Of a DNA stretch of 64,000 nucleotides, positions 1 to 12,523 are shown in pieces (the first letter of the stretch is position 1; each line of letters opens with the position of its first letter). The stretch spans positions 186,001-250,000 of the forward strand of contig JBLDXI010000010.1 in the NCBI GenBank assembly GCA_047495785.1, in the 5' to 3' direction. Position numbers and translations under genes: made by a program. The DNA is from Lepidodermella squamata (taxonomy: Eukaryota; Animalia; Gastrotricha). The notes under the pieces were generated by a model that did not search any database, was not told the DNA's origin, and was given only the letters and a program-made list of their open reading frames with translations.

Positions 1-2074
1 AATAGTCGGCATTGCGTTTGATTGAGTCGGGCTCGTTTCAGGGTGTCCATTGCTGTCATTATTGCTCATATTTGAATAAGGTGGAGGCGACGACGGGGCC
101 ATTATCATCGAGTTGCAACTCAACTGAGGCCCTAAATTGGGCAATCCTGAGCTGCTTCGAGTTTGAAGTAACGGAGCACTTGCTATTGACGCGCGTGCTC
201 TACTCGATCGTTCGTGTTCGGTCATGAATTTCGGGGCATTTGGCGATTTTTCCGCCCAGCCAGGGCATAATTTAAGGCATAGAAGGGCGCGAAATTTTTT
301 GTTCAGCAGGAAATACGTGATGAAATTGCCGCTGTATTCAAGCAGTAACAGCGTGTAAGCCAGTAGGAATAAGCTGCGAAATGGCTGCTTATCGAGAACA
401 GCCGGGTTGCCCCATAGTACAGCTGCACTGGTTCGATTGAATAAGGTGGATGGAATTTCACCGGCTAGGGCTAGAATCGTAGCTGCAATTAGGGTCAAAG
501 TCAGCGATCGCTGTTGGCTACTTTGAGCGCCTCGACTCGCCGCCGATGCGACAGAATCTCGGTGGCTTCTCATCGACGACCGGTGCACTAGAATTATTAG
601 CAGTAAATTGAACACTGCTAATAAAATGATTGAGCCTGTAAAAAAATTCAAAGGTGTCAAGTTTCTGCCTGGAAATTTAGGCTTAAATTTCGCGCATACC
701 AACGTTTAAAATCGCGAGTCGCACGTACGAGTAGATGCTGAACCAGCCTTTTGAAGCTTTAGCGTAGTCGCGATACATTCGGCAACCGGTGTTCATATCG
801 ACGGAGATAGCGAACATGCGCGGGATGTTGATTATCCCGCTTGTGACGATTAGCCCTAGGTTAAGTAGGCGGACTATGTTTCTTTCGCGTTGAGACTGTG
901 CGCCTGTTTGAACTTTTGGGTCTCGCACGTAGGCGAATCTGTGAAACGAGAAACAAGGATTTGTTGAGGAATGTTCATTTCAGAGTTGAAAAATTAGAAA
1001 TAACCCTTTTTCCATTTTGTTCTTCTCCCATACTTTTTCACTGGTGGAAGAAATTGAAATGAAAATCGAAATTATGGGGAATGGCGTGATGTTGATGTTG
1101 ATGTGAGTGCGATTGTAAAATTTATTTTGAAAAATGGGAAGGAAGGGAAAAAACGTGTAGAGAATTTTTCCAACAATTTTGTTTCCTTTTTCGACGCAAA
1201 ACATCTTCGAGCGATGCGCAACACGTGTTTCAGCGACAAAGAAATACGAGCGAAACTTGTTTCTGAGCTTCGTTCCGGCGGAAACAGTTTTCTAACGGAA
1301 ATATATTTCGTGGAAAAAGCTGTTCGGAGGTTATAGAAAAGCTATTCTGGGGTTTGCGGTTCGGCTTGAGTGAGAAAATATTTTTTCTTGAGATTTTTAA
1401 AAAATATGTCAAAGTTTAAGTAATAAATATTCAAGTTCTGTTTTTGGTTGAAAATTTTGAATTTGAAGTTTAAAGGATAAAAGTTCCTCCTTTAGAATTG
1501 AAAAAATTCGAAATTTTCACAGATTTCCTGCGAATTTTAGAAACAACATTTCTCTCCGATTATTCTCATTTTCCTGAATATTTCCTTATTATTAATAAAA
1601 TTGGCATATTTACCTGTCAATCGTGAAAGCAACTGTGAGCATAAGTGAGGAAGTAGTGGTTACACTGCCAATGGGTAAATAAACGAAAGCCGTGAAAAGC
1701 TCGTGCCAAAACTGCCCGGCGAAGTGAATTTTCGCTACGAGATCGACAAAGTACAAAATCAGCGTGATGAGATCGGTGAAAGCCAAAAATGCTAGGTACG
1801 TGTAGGTGCGTGCCGACAACCTCCTGTCAGTCAGAACTATTATGTTTATAATATTCGCCACCACGCCGAATAGGCTGAGCCCGGGCAGGCCGTAGCCATA
1901 AAACGCGCGTTCGAGTGGCGCGTAGGCCTTGACTGATTTATTGCAAAAAAGATGGCGAGAATTCGAGAGCAGCACCGAGACAACGGTATAGTTCGGGTCG
2001 AACGGTAGAACGGTTACATTTTCGGTTGATTTCTGATGGTTGATGAATAGTATCTCGCTGATTGTTTCGTTCAT
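1..2074 (-). CDS. Rhodopsin-family peptide GPCR (FMRFamide/sex-peptide-receptor-like); exons 2074-1614, 938-700, 635-<1; C-terminus runs off the window
   Basis: Spliced translation gives TM1 GVVANIINIIVL, TM2 LAFLAFTD, TM3 TIDR|FAYV, TM4 INIPRMF, TM6 AGEIP and TM7 GNFITYFLLNKKFR. GT-AG boundaries keep the frame. Confidence 0.85.
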
Positions 2075-3162
2075 AATAGTAATAATAGCGATGATTCTCA
2101 ACTGATATTAGACGGCATCCGAATGAGCGTGAAATCGTCCAATATCGAGCTGCAGACGAGGGCTCTTCGTTTTCAGAAATATTATCCGGTACTCGGGTGT
2201 TATTATTTGCTTTTCCGCAGCTTCTTCTCCAATAGTATGCTGTCATTACATTATCGACGAAAATCGCTTGTAATTTTTTACGCGCAAGTTGACAAAAGAT
2301 GTAAAATTAATGCACTATATACACGGCAGGGTAGGAAGAAGAGGCTCATTATTGTTCTCAAACACGGGGCAGCACGACAAAAATTGTAAATACAAAGGCT
2401 ATCGATTGCTTCTTACTTACATCAACTGATTAATAATATAATAACTGGGCCTTGAAAGTGATAATGGACGCGATGAATGATTCGTAATATGAGTAGTAAC
2501 ATTTTCTAGCGCGCTTTCAAGTGGAAAGATAACATTTTTCAATGTAATTAAGGCGGATTAAGCATTATTTTTATATATAAAATGGCGCGGAAAATATTTA
2601 CACTCCAGCACACAGACCCATCTGCAAAAACATATGTCGACATGATAGCGTAGTAGAGCGCCAGAAAAATTTCGCCTCAATCGATTGCGACTGTCAAGGG
2701 CCGATATAATTGTGGGTAAATAATAGGTGTTTTCTGCGCGGATATAAAACATTTTATGGACTCGGCGGAAAAAACGTTGTTGAAAATTGATACGCCTTTT
2801 TTACTTATATAATAAGCTGTATACTATACACATATATAGCACTCCGTCCTCAACTAAACAGGAACTGGAAAATCTTAAATCGATAAATTTCAAGATTTTA
2901 TTAGCGGACGCGGTGGATCCTGTGTCCAGAGTTTTTTGAAAAAAACACATCTTAGGATAATGATAAAAAAATTGGGGCTTACTATACAGCGGAAGTATTC
3001 ACGCGCTCCTGCCTTTCAAAAATTGATATATGCATCGTTTTTTTGGCAGTGGTGATGGCATGATTGATGTTATAAGAACCCTCATTATTTCATTATTTTA
3101 CTACGCGCGTTATTTTTGCAGTATTTTTATATAAGTCTTTGTTTTATGTTTTTGCTATACAG

Positions 3163-6100
3163 GCGGTGGAATCTCTGCATTCTATTAGCCAGTCCCGTCA
3201 CGAGATATGGCAGGCGGTTGTAAGCCAGCTTGATTTGGCGTCGTTATCGCGTAATAAAACTACGGAATATTACTTTTACCGCACGCTGGCCGTCGATATC
3301 GTGTACAAATCACTGCTTTTCGGCCCCATTGGCCGGCGATTGCGCTATTTCGCGGAATCTTATTACGCACTAAGACACTTGTACGGGCTGGAATTCGCGG
3401 CACTTGGGCATGAGGAGAGCTGTAATAACTTCGAACGCTTGGTTTCTAAACAGCTGGTCGCGCCGTCTATGATTCGAGTTCAAGCGATGCGATTGCTCAA
3501 CAGTGCCGATTTGCCGGTTGATTTTGTTGAACTTCTCATCCACCAGCTGGTTACCGGGTGTTCTGAGCTGATCGACAAAACAGTCGATAAACGCCCGTTC
3601 ACCAACTCACAAACACATCGCGAAAAACACCGAGTTTTAATTGCGGTTGTTTATTTGCTTGGGAGTTATGGCGAGCGGTTGAAGCCGGCGATTTTCGAGC
3701 AAATTTGGCAGCTTTGCATGGTTAAAATTTTGCCGAAAGAAATTTTCACCTCAGTGAGATTTCTCGCGCAATGGTGTGTCGTCTTACTGATTTCGTTTGG
3801 CCCAGTTGAAAGCAAATTCTTCGAGCAGCTGTTGGAGTCCTACGAAAAGGTGAGAAAGCCCTTGATAAGTGCATTTGGGTTTTTGATTTTATAACGAAGA
3901 AATTAATGTTAAAATGAGATAAACAAGATGAAAAAGAGAGACATAAAAAAATGGAACGCGCAGCTGAATGAAAGTCGTTCAATTAAATTGCGAAAACAAG
4001 GAGGTGTTTTCCAGCTTTTACAGGTGATAAATGCGTAAGAAATTATCATTGAATCTACCCGCTCGGGATTAATGAGATCAAGTAGCGCTTTCTTTCTTAT
4101 TCTTTTCTTGAGGCCTAATAGATTCGATGTGAATGAAGTAATGAAATCGGTGAAATTAGTGACACATTGGAACCTAGATTTCATCTCATTCTCACCTGGG
4201 ACACTCATTCAGTGATCGATATATCAGCTCTCGTATATATGGAATTTAAATGGGAACACTTTTTGCAGCAATAGTCAAGCTTATCAATCCCAGGAAAGCT
4301 GTTTGCTTGACACTTGATCGAAATGTATGGCTATTTTCTGCAAATTAAATTCTTTTCTGCTATGAGTTCTAAGGACATTGGCCGGTCTTTAGTTACAAGC
4401 AATCTCAGCAACAAAGCCAAGTAAAGCCAAGGAAACTGGAAAATAAGGTTAATTCTGATAACCAGTGTTCCTTCGACTTGATTGTCAAATGAGGAAAGCC
4501 AAAATTAGTTATTGGTCAAGCCGTTAACCTTGATGACCACAAGCTAAAATAATTGCGCTCGTTCGCGATGGTTTTCATTTGCTGAATCTATCGATTCTTT
4601 TTATTGGTTTATTTATATTCAACATTCAACAGAATAAAGAGGAAGAAAGAGGGAACGAAGAGAATTTTCACAGATAAGTTTCGAACTCATCAAAAAATTG
4701 TTCCGCTATGTCGCCATCATTTTTGATGGCTTCCTCGTCGTCAATGATTTCTACTTCCGTCTCGGACGATGAAGCATCAAAAGTTGGCGAAAAGTCTATT
4801 TGTCGGCCCTCATCTTCAGTCACCAAAACATCGGCAAAAGCTGTGTCTACCCAGTCTTTAATGGTCGAGGACCTTCTTCTTTCAAAACTCTATCGACCAC
4901 ATCGCTGACCGCAATCATCTTCAGATTGCTTTGAACCGATCGTCGAAAATAGTGCCACTCGGGCTGGTCGATCCATAGCGCGCCTTGTCAGAGGATCGGC
5001 CCGTTCCAGTGTAGATAAACCTCTTCTGAAATCGTTTTCTCGTTGAGGTCGCGGCCTTTCCTATCATGCCGATCCAGGCGGGTCGAGCTGTTTACCGAAT
5101 TAAATGAACGGCTGCAAAGCAGTGGTCCGACTCGACTTGGCTGCTAGGGGGTGTGAAATTTAATGCCAGAAAAATTTCGCTCGCGACGCTAGCGCGTTCG
5201 CTCGCATGTAATGAATTCTTCTCATTTCATTCTTATTTATTGAACAAAGAAACTTTCATTTAGAAGCATTATTCGGGATTAAACAGGAGGTAGTCTTTGC
5301 GGATTCCGAATATCGCATCTTTCGCTACATCTTTTGCCGATGGTTCCTGCGGTTTGCCCATATTTAGAAACTGAGATTTAGAAACGTGAATTTTGATGAA
5401 ATGTTAAGCATTGTTAGAGGTTGAGGTTTTGTACAACAGCTACAGCACACCTGTGACCGCGTTTGCAACAGATGAAAAGTAAACAAACATTTGTGTATGA
5501 TTCAACGGAAACAGTGGGCTCTATCACCAATACGACTTCAGATTCAGATTCGCCGTGAAAATCTGCATAGAAATATACTTATATGACACTGCATGTCTGA
5601 TTCGAAAAATAAGCAAGTGACAATAAAGCAATAAATTTATTACACCCCCTAATTATCTCGGGATCGGTGATACTTACGGAAATTCTGAAAAAGGAGGAGA
5701 ATCAGCATAGCAAAATTAGCCCTTCGAGTTGTTAAGGGGGAATTTGGCCTAAAAAAAGCAAATCTAGCTAGTTTTTTGCGAGTTTTTTCTATTTTTCTAG
5801 AATTTAGACAAAATCATTGCTTCTTTGATGAGCGGAAAACGTTCGGCTCAATTTAAAGGCACAGCCAAGCAATTTTGCTCGGGCGTTCGAATAGCTTGGC
5901 TTCGTTGGCACGACCTTTCACCTTTAGGAACGCCTTCATCAGATCGGCCCGTGCCACAATGTCACAGGAATGTCACCAAATGTTGAGCATTCCAATTGCT
6001 GACGTTACAGTTCTCGTTCTTTTGAAATGACAGGAGAAAGCGGCGGGACCTTCGAATCTTCCCAGTCCACGAAGAGATCCATACTACGCCAGTCATAGAT

Positions 6101-9100
6101 GTAAAAAGCACTCTGAGTGTTTAGCCAGAACGATAGAAGAATGTACCGAACTATGCCCAGGTAGAGATTGTGCATAGGTTCCGCCAGCGCGTCCTTGGTC
6201 GGATCAAGGTTCGGTATATCGAGCAGGCAGGACCAAGCTTTGACGCCGTAGACATGATGATGTCGCTCAGAATTAAAGCCCCCTTTGAACCAGTTAAAGC
6301 GGAAGGTTCAACGCGGCAGCCTGATTGGGCAAGGCGTTTTACGAAAAATTGCAGACCTTTCTGCCGATGAAGTAGCAGACCGGCACATTTCATACATGGC
6401 TAGCATAACGACATTTTTAGCGTTAATGGAAGCTAGACAGCTGCTACGAAGAATAATGGCAAAAACCAGCGAAAACCCGTCGTTTCGAAGCTCTTCCTCG
6501 ACATCAATGAGATGAAATGCGAATTGTAGGAAGCCTGGCCGATGCGGCAATAGGTATTTGAACTCCACCGGGCTGTCATTGCGATTTAGGAAAAGATCGA
6601 AAATGACTTCGAAATCTTCGTGGTCTAGGCACAGGCCGTGTTCAAGGTTCCAGCACCGGTCGTCGACGCTAACTGAGAGCATTGAGGTTGTACAAGAAAA
6701 TCTAAAATGCATTGAAAATTAGTAAGAGAAGGAGATGAAAGCGGATGCTTTATGCTATTATGTGAGCCAGTGGGCTCCTTCTGTCTTGTCACTGAAGCAG
6801 TCTGTTAACACAAGAACACAACATGAGCATCTAGAGGTGAAAAGGAAACGCCAATATGCGGCATTCCAACTTCAAAGCATCTTGTACTCCGATGATACTC
6901 ATCAAAAACGACGATTTTAATAAATTAATATGATGAAGATGAAGCTTGATTGTGAAATCTTGGGTGTTATTGGGTGAGAATTTCAGGAAGAAATTGGAAA
7001 TGGTAGCCATAAGTGACGATCATCTTCAATGAAGCGCAGCATGACATTTTACAGTTTTCCGTTCATAGTGTGGCAAGGAGACCATGCCCGAACAACAATT
7101 TCGTGGGTTATTTCGACATAGTGGCATAGTGGAAACATCTGCGCCGTGAGGTTCACTTCGGACTGTTGATCTAGGCCTGCCTCGTGGCCTCGGTTCGGCA
7201 CGTTCAGTCGGGTAAGGATTGGCGATTTATTGGCGAATTCGGCTTGAACGTCTTGGTTAGCGGCGGCTAAGTAAAAATTGAGAGATGTAATTTGAAAGAA
7301 ATTAAAAATTGGCAATTTTTGCAAGTATCAATTGATTTTATATGCTTGCTCATCTCAATTTACCATATGCGAATCAACTTCATTTTAAACGAATAGGTGA
7401 ATTTAACAGAAATACTGCTTACCCCAACATGAGTAGAGATGACGGCGTTCAACGACTGTTCAGCCATTTCTTCCGTCAGAAAGGAGAAGAGCCGCAGTGG
7501 AATTCGCTGTATTGAATTTTCCATTTTTCAATCTCACTAGATAAAAACAAACTGATACCTACAGTCCGCCACAATAGTCCTGAACTTAAGGCAGAACAAA
7601 AAACTGGAAAATCGATAAGACGTCTTTTTATTATTGATTTTATTAATAATAAGAAATATATTGCCAAAAACATGAACTTATTCTTTTGAACTGAAATAGA
7701 CAGTATTCGCAGCAGTTTTAAGCTGTCTATCAAAATTTGACGCGGTAAGAAATTAATCTCATCGAATTTTATTACTCCACCACGAATGATACGACTATTC
7801 ACCGCGGGGATTTTCTATATTACACTCACAGAAGAAATAGCACCTCGAAATAATGTGTCCCGCATGCAATTTCTTCATCCAGGGCAGTTAATTATCAAAT
7901 TCTTAATTAATGGTGCGGTGAAAGTGGAAAAAGTTTCTCAGGTTGACTTAGCATGAGATGATCTAAAGAATCACCGTGGGATTTTAAAATAACAACGGTA
8001 CATTTTGTTATCCGAAGTCACTAGGACGCATTTACATGGTAATTGTAGGGTTTCAGGTGCAATTCCTATCATTTTTAAAAGTTAGCGTCGGTGAAAATGT
8101 GTGGTAATTGGCAATTTTGGCGGGAAGCACGATTTCATCAATATGACCGCTGGAAATCTCGAAGAAGCCGGTTCATTTAATATTATCGTCTCGCATATCT
8201 TCCTCTGTGTCTTATTGTAGGTGCTAAGGCTAGGGCGTCTGAGCAAAGTCATTCGATATTCTCCCTAAAATCGCAGCTTTGCAGCGCTTAACACCAGATA
8301 GGAAGCCAGATACTTTCGAACCGTACGTCCAATTTAACGCAAACCAGCGCAAGAGAATTGTTAAGAGTTGGTCGGTGATGAAAGATTTTTTCTGCAAGAG
8401 TAATTAATAGCTGCCTAATTCTTTCGATTACTATTAAAGCGCAAACCATGATATATCCTGTTGCCGTTCTTTCTCGGGCATATTGAATGAAGAGTTCAGC
8501 GGCAAAACACACAGCGACAAAGAATATCGAAGATAACTGTCCCGTCAACAGAAGGACGACAAAAAACAGTGCGTATGGCAGGAATTGCCAGTTCTTGAAA
8601 TCTTCGTAACAAAATGGCAGTACTTGGCTCAGAAACGCGCGTTTAAATGGCGAATCAATAAGCACGTTATTGTCTTTTTGCTCCCAGGCATCGCTCACAG
8701 ACTTTTGAAAACGAGATATCATTGTGGAAAAGTCACTAGCGACCAACAGTGGATAAAATTCGTCCATTTTCGAGATATGGAAACAAAACGGTTCAATTAT
8801 TGAGTAGAATAGCGCATAGTTGTCGAAGAACGAGTCATCTTCTAATTCAGCAATGCAAAGCTTGAATGCTTTTGAATTTGAATTTGTGCAGTCTGGAGGT
8901 GCAGTTAGATTTTGGTCAGCTGCTTCGCAAAGCAACATTTTGGCGGCCATCGATCTCCAGTTGGAGTCATCTTCGCACAGCTTTTTTGAATTATTAAAAA
9001 TTGCCCTCCAACAATCGGTTGTCTTCGAGGCAAGAGCGTTATAGTGTTTGTAACCAGTAAATCGGAACCACGATTCCTGATCCGCAGTATCTTCTACGGT

Positions 9101-12100
9101 TGTAGCCGTACAAAGACTGGATTGAACAATTAAGATTAGAAGCTGAAATTTCATTGCTCTTGTTCGCGAAACAAATGACAGAGACGATAATGCCAGCAAA
9201 AAGAAAAAATTATTAACGAAAAAGTGTGGGCTTTTCTTGAGTACTGCATTATAGACATCCTGAACTATGGAAAATATATAGAATTTTTCGCGGTCGCGCA
9301 TCTGCGATTCCGAGACTGCATACATATTTTCTACCAGCAGACTATTCGTTATATTAGTGTAAAGAAGCGCAGACAGAAAACGTCTTATCGATTTTTCATT
9401 TTTTTTCTGATGCCTTGAGTACAAGACTTTTGTGGCGCACTGTATTTTACAAGCGAATGAAAACTAAAAAAGCGGGGTTGTTGTTGTTGAAGTTTTCTGC
9501 CATCGCCTTGAGACAGCGGATGCAATCTTTCCTGTTTTCTTCGCCGATTAGCTTAGCAATCTCCTTAGCAATTGCGTTTAACGCGGTTTTGACGTACGAA
9601 CTTCTGGTCGAGTTATTAAGGTGGGTTTTAGCGGCTGGTTTTGACGAATAAAACACACGTAAACGTAAACGTGAACAAGCAGTACGGGAGGAAAAGAAAA
9701 CGTCTATATGCTGCATTCCAAGCTCCAATCGCCTTGTACGCCGATGATACTCATCAATAACGACGATTTTCATGAATGAACTCATAATATGGTGAAGATA
9801 ACGTTTTATTCATCTTTGGCGTTATTGCGATGAAACGATGTAGAAATAACAACTGGCGTAACGTGTGGGAATTTCAGGAAGAAATTGGCAATGGTGACGA
9901 TCATCTCCAATGAAGGGCAGCATGACTGTAGTCAGAAGAGTCTTTCAGCTCGAAGCAATGAGCGCGAAGGAATTCCGCCGCATATTTTGCAACTTGTTGA
10001 TAAATGCGTTGAAATTCCGCGATATGGAGTTGCGATTCGGTCGTTGAATGTCCACGTAAAATATATTCAAATACCTGCTAAATATCAGCGGAAATTATGT
10101 TTTTGTTGGCAAAAATAGACTTTTGTAACATAAAAAACTGTTTGTTTTTATTGTATCAAAAGGAATAAACAAGTACCGGCCACCGTTGGGCTTTGAGCAC
10201 ACCACAAATATTATTATACATAGTATATAGATATAGTAAATAACATAGGCGTAGTTTGATATAATATGAATTATATACAGAAAAATTATTTATCATACAC
10301 AAAGAAAAATGGATAGATGGATCGTTAGGCTAATAATGCTCCACTTGGCTTTCGATGCCAAACCAATTAAAGGTTTTTACGTTCATGGAAAAATTCATGA
10401 GAACGATCTTTGATAAAAAAAATACAGTGAATCGATGTAGGTAAGAGTTTTTTTCAATAATGAAACGTTTACAAAAATGTAAATTCAGACTTTGGAGTTT
10501 TTCAACAATCATTTGTTTCGTTACAAAAAAAATAAATAAAATAAAAATAGAAATTGGCAATGGTAACCATAGGTGACGATCATCTCCAATGAAGGGCAGC
10601 ATGGCTGTGGTCAGAAGAGTCTTTCAGCTCGACTTCCCCGCCTTAGTCGGATAATTGATGTCACGCAAGTCCACGTGATTGGCGATGCCGATGAGAAAAA
10701 ATTGTCCACTTTGGTTACATCGAAACGTTGACAACCATTTTCAAAAAACAGAAATGAGCTTATAAGAGACCTCAAGCTCAAGCAGATTTTTAGTGAAGAT
10801 AGGGTTGAAGGGCGAGGTTAGCGTGAGGATTTAGGGAATAGCGCCGAAATGCTATGAGCAGAGTTTCGAAAAGATATGTCTATAAAATTATCGCTTCGAA
10901 CTCAACAGGTTGGTTGCTTTTGATCCTGGAGCTTAGAATCGGTTTCCGGTCAGCGTATTTGCGAGTTTTCGAACTTCACGGACGGCTGCCGCACAGTCAA
11001 GTGCATGAATAAAAGATTAAGGAACAATGAGTTAATCGCCAGACACTATTTTCTACTCGCGGTGACCGCAATATAACTTGAATAACTGGTTCAGCTGACA
11101 GATCTTTGAACTGTTTATGGTCGAAAAATGAGCCCGGGGAACCTTATGGGCAAGGAATAAGAAGTGTTAAAAAAAATTCAAAAATTTTTATGCATATTTG
11201 GAAAAATTATTCAATAGTCCGAGTTTCATGAAATTTCATGTTCATAGTTTTAATGACCAATTTTTCTCTCATTTTTTTAGGCTGTTCCGAAGCAACTGTA
11301 TTCGCTGATGTGCTGCTATATCGATATAATGAGCTGCGGCCATTATTTTCTGGCAAAAGCCGAGGTTCAATACTATTTTCAGCGAAATTTATTTATTTCA
11401 AAGTTATTTTTCTATAATCAAGAATAAGCAAAAACGATTTTTGGAGGTTCTCGATCGCGTTTTACCCGCCTGTCTGTTCAACCATTTCGTCACTCGTGCT
11501 CGAGCTCAATCCGCCTTAATCCGCCTGTGGTCATCAGCCGATCGAAGCTTGGTGCCAACCGCGTTCGACTCGCATTTTCTCGAGCAATGCGTCGCAATTG
11601 CGAACCACGATCAGAACAAACCTGTCATTCGAAATCTAGCAAATTTCTATTATAAGCTGCAACCGATGGAGGACTTCAAATCGCTGGAAATTCTCAATTT
11701 TTACCTGCCGAGAAGTTGCGATTTATTCGTGGATGAATTCGCGTTTTTATGCGATTTCAGTTCGGTTGAAGCTAAAATCAGCGGCAAAATCGGCGGCGAT
11801 TTTTGCGTAGCTGAAACCTGGAAAAAATTCGAAGAAAAATTCGGCGTCGATTTCCAACCCGCGAAACCAGACGACCCGGACGATCTTCACGTCGCAGTTC
11901 AAGAGACGTCAGATTCAAATTCCGGTGAAATAATCCAGCGTAAATACACGAATTGGCGTAAATTATTGCCGTGCTACGACGAGGAAAGCGGCGATTCTGA
12001 GGTTAATTTGTCCGTCGATGGCACCCAACCTCGTTCCCGGCCTTGTTCTGAATTGATTTTAATCGCCTCCTTAATCGATAAGGGCTCAAATTTGGGTGGT

Positions 12101-12523
12101 CTATGCCGTTCTGCTGATGTTTTCGGGCTTTCGACTATTACTCTACCCAGTTTGGATAAAACTAAAGACCGGGAATTTGAGTCTTTGGCTGTTTCAGCTC
12201 ATAAATGGCTGAAAATTATCGAAGTGCCACCGCATCAATTGACAGTTTTTCTCATGTCGCTACAACGCGATGGTTACAGCTTAATCGCGGCGGAACAGGC
12301 GACTGAAAGCGTGCCGTTGCCTGTTTTTCAATTTCCGCGAAAAACCGCCTTAATTTTAGGCAATGAACGCGAAGGAATTCCGCCGCATATTCTGCAACTT
12401 GTTGATAAATGCGTTGAAATTCCGCAATATGGAGTTGCGATTCGGTCATTGAATGTCCACGTAACTGGGGCGTTGTTCATGTACAACTACAGCTGTCAAC
12501 ACGCCGCGGCTAAAATCGAATGA
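3163..12523 (+). CDS. TARBP1: TARBP1/Trm3 tRNA Gm18 2'-O-methyltransferase, 3' exons (3163-3849, 11281-11364, 11423-12523); 5' part probably upstream of the window
   Basis: C-terminal SpoU domain (LIASLIDKGSNLGGLCRSADVFG, LILGNEREGIP, IPQYGVAIRSLNVHVTGA). Upstream exon has RPFTNSQTHREKHR and SVRFLAQW. Phase-0 GT-AG joins. Confidence 0.85.
5930..6700 (-). pseudogene. Degenerate CMC (CACTA/EnSpm/Mirage-like) transposase fragment
   Basis: Reading past the stop of ORF 6308-6712 gives GVKAWSCLLDIPNLDPTKDALAEPMHNLYLGIV, which resembles the [DE]xMHxxxLG motif of CMC transposases. Internal stops; no TIR seen. Confidence 0.5.
6885..7045 (+). repeat. Local dispersed repeat; related copies at ~9735-9952 and ~10550-10632
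   Basis: All three copies share variants of GAAATTGGCAATGGT(AACCATAGGT)GACGATCATCTCCAATGAAGGGCAGCATG; two also share CCGATGATACTCATCAA. Confidence 0.8.
8288..9154 (-). CDS. Brambleberry/Gex1/Kar5-like nuclear membrane fusion protein, nested antisense in a TARBP1 intron
   Basis: Signal peptide MKFQLLILIVQSSLC; Cys-rich domain CWRAIF..KKLC..MAAKMLLCE..PPDC..CIAEL..YALFYSIIEPFCFHI; C-terminal hydrophobic segments. Confidence 0.6.
   Translation of the reverse strand: MKFQLLILIVQSSLCTATTVEDTADQESWFRFTGYKHYNALASKTTDCWRAIFNNSKKLCEDDSNWRSMAAKMLLCEAADQNLTAPPDCTNSNSKAFKLCIAELEDDSFFDNYALFYSIIEPFCFHISKMDEFYPLLVASDFSTMISRFQKSVSDAWEQKDNNVLIDSPFKRAFLSQVLPFCYEDFKNWQFLPYALFFVVLLLTGQLSSIFFVAVCFAAELFIQYARERTATGYIMVCALIVIERIRQLLITLAEKIFHHRPTLNNSLALVCVKLDVRFESIWLPIWC
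9955..10059 (+). repeat. 105-bp intronic copy of TARBP1 last-exon sequence 12360-12464
   Basis: Translates as NEREGIPPHILQLVDKCVEIPRYGVAIRSLNVHV; about 4 mismatches to the exon. Confidence 0.9.

Noticed and set aside
3909-5100. hAT transposase C-terminal relics (LINPERVDSMI; TISEEVYLHWNGP)
   Set aside because: Weak motif resemblance only, many stops and no TIRs.
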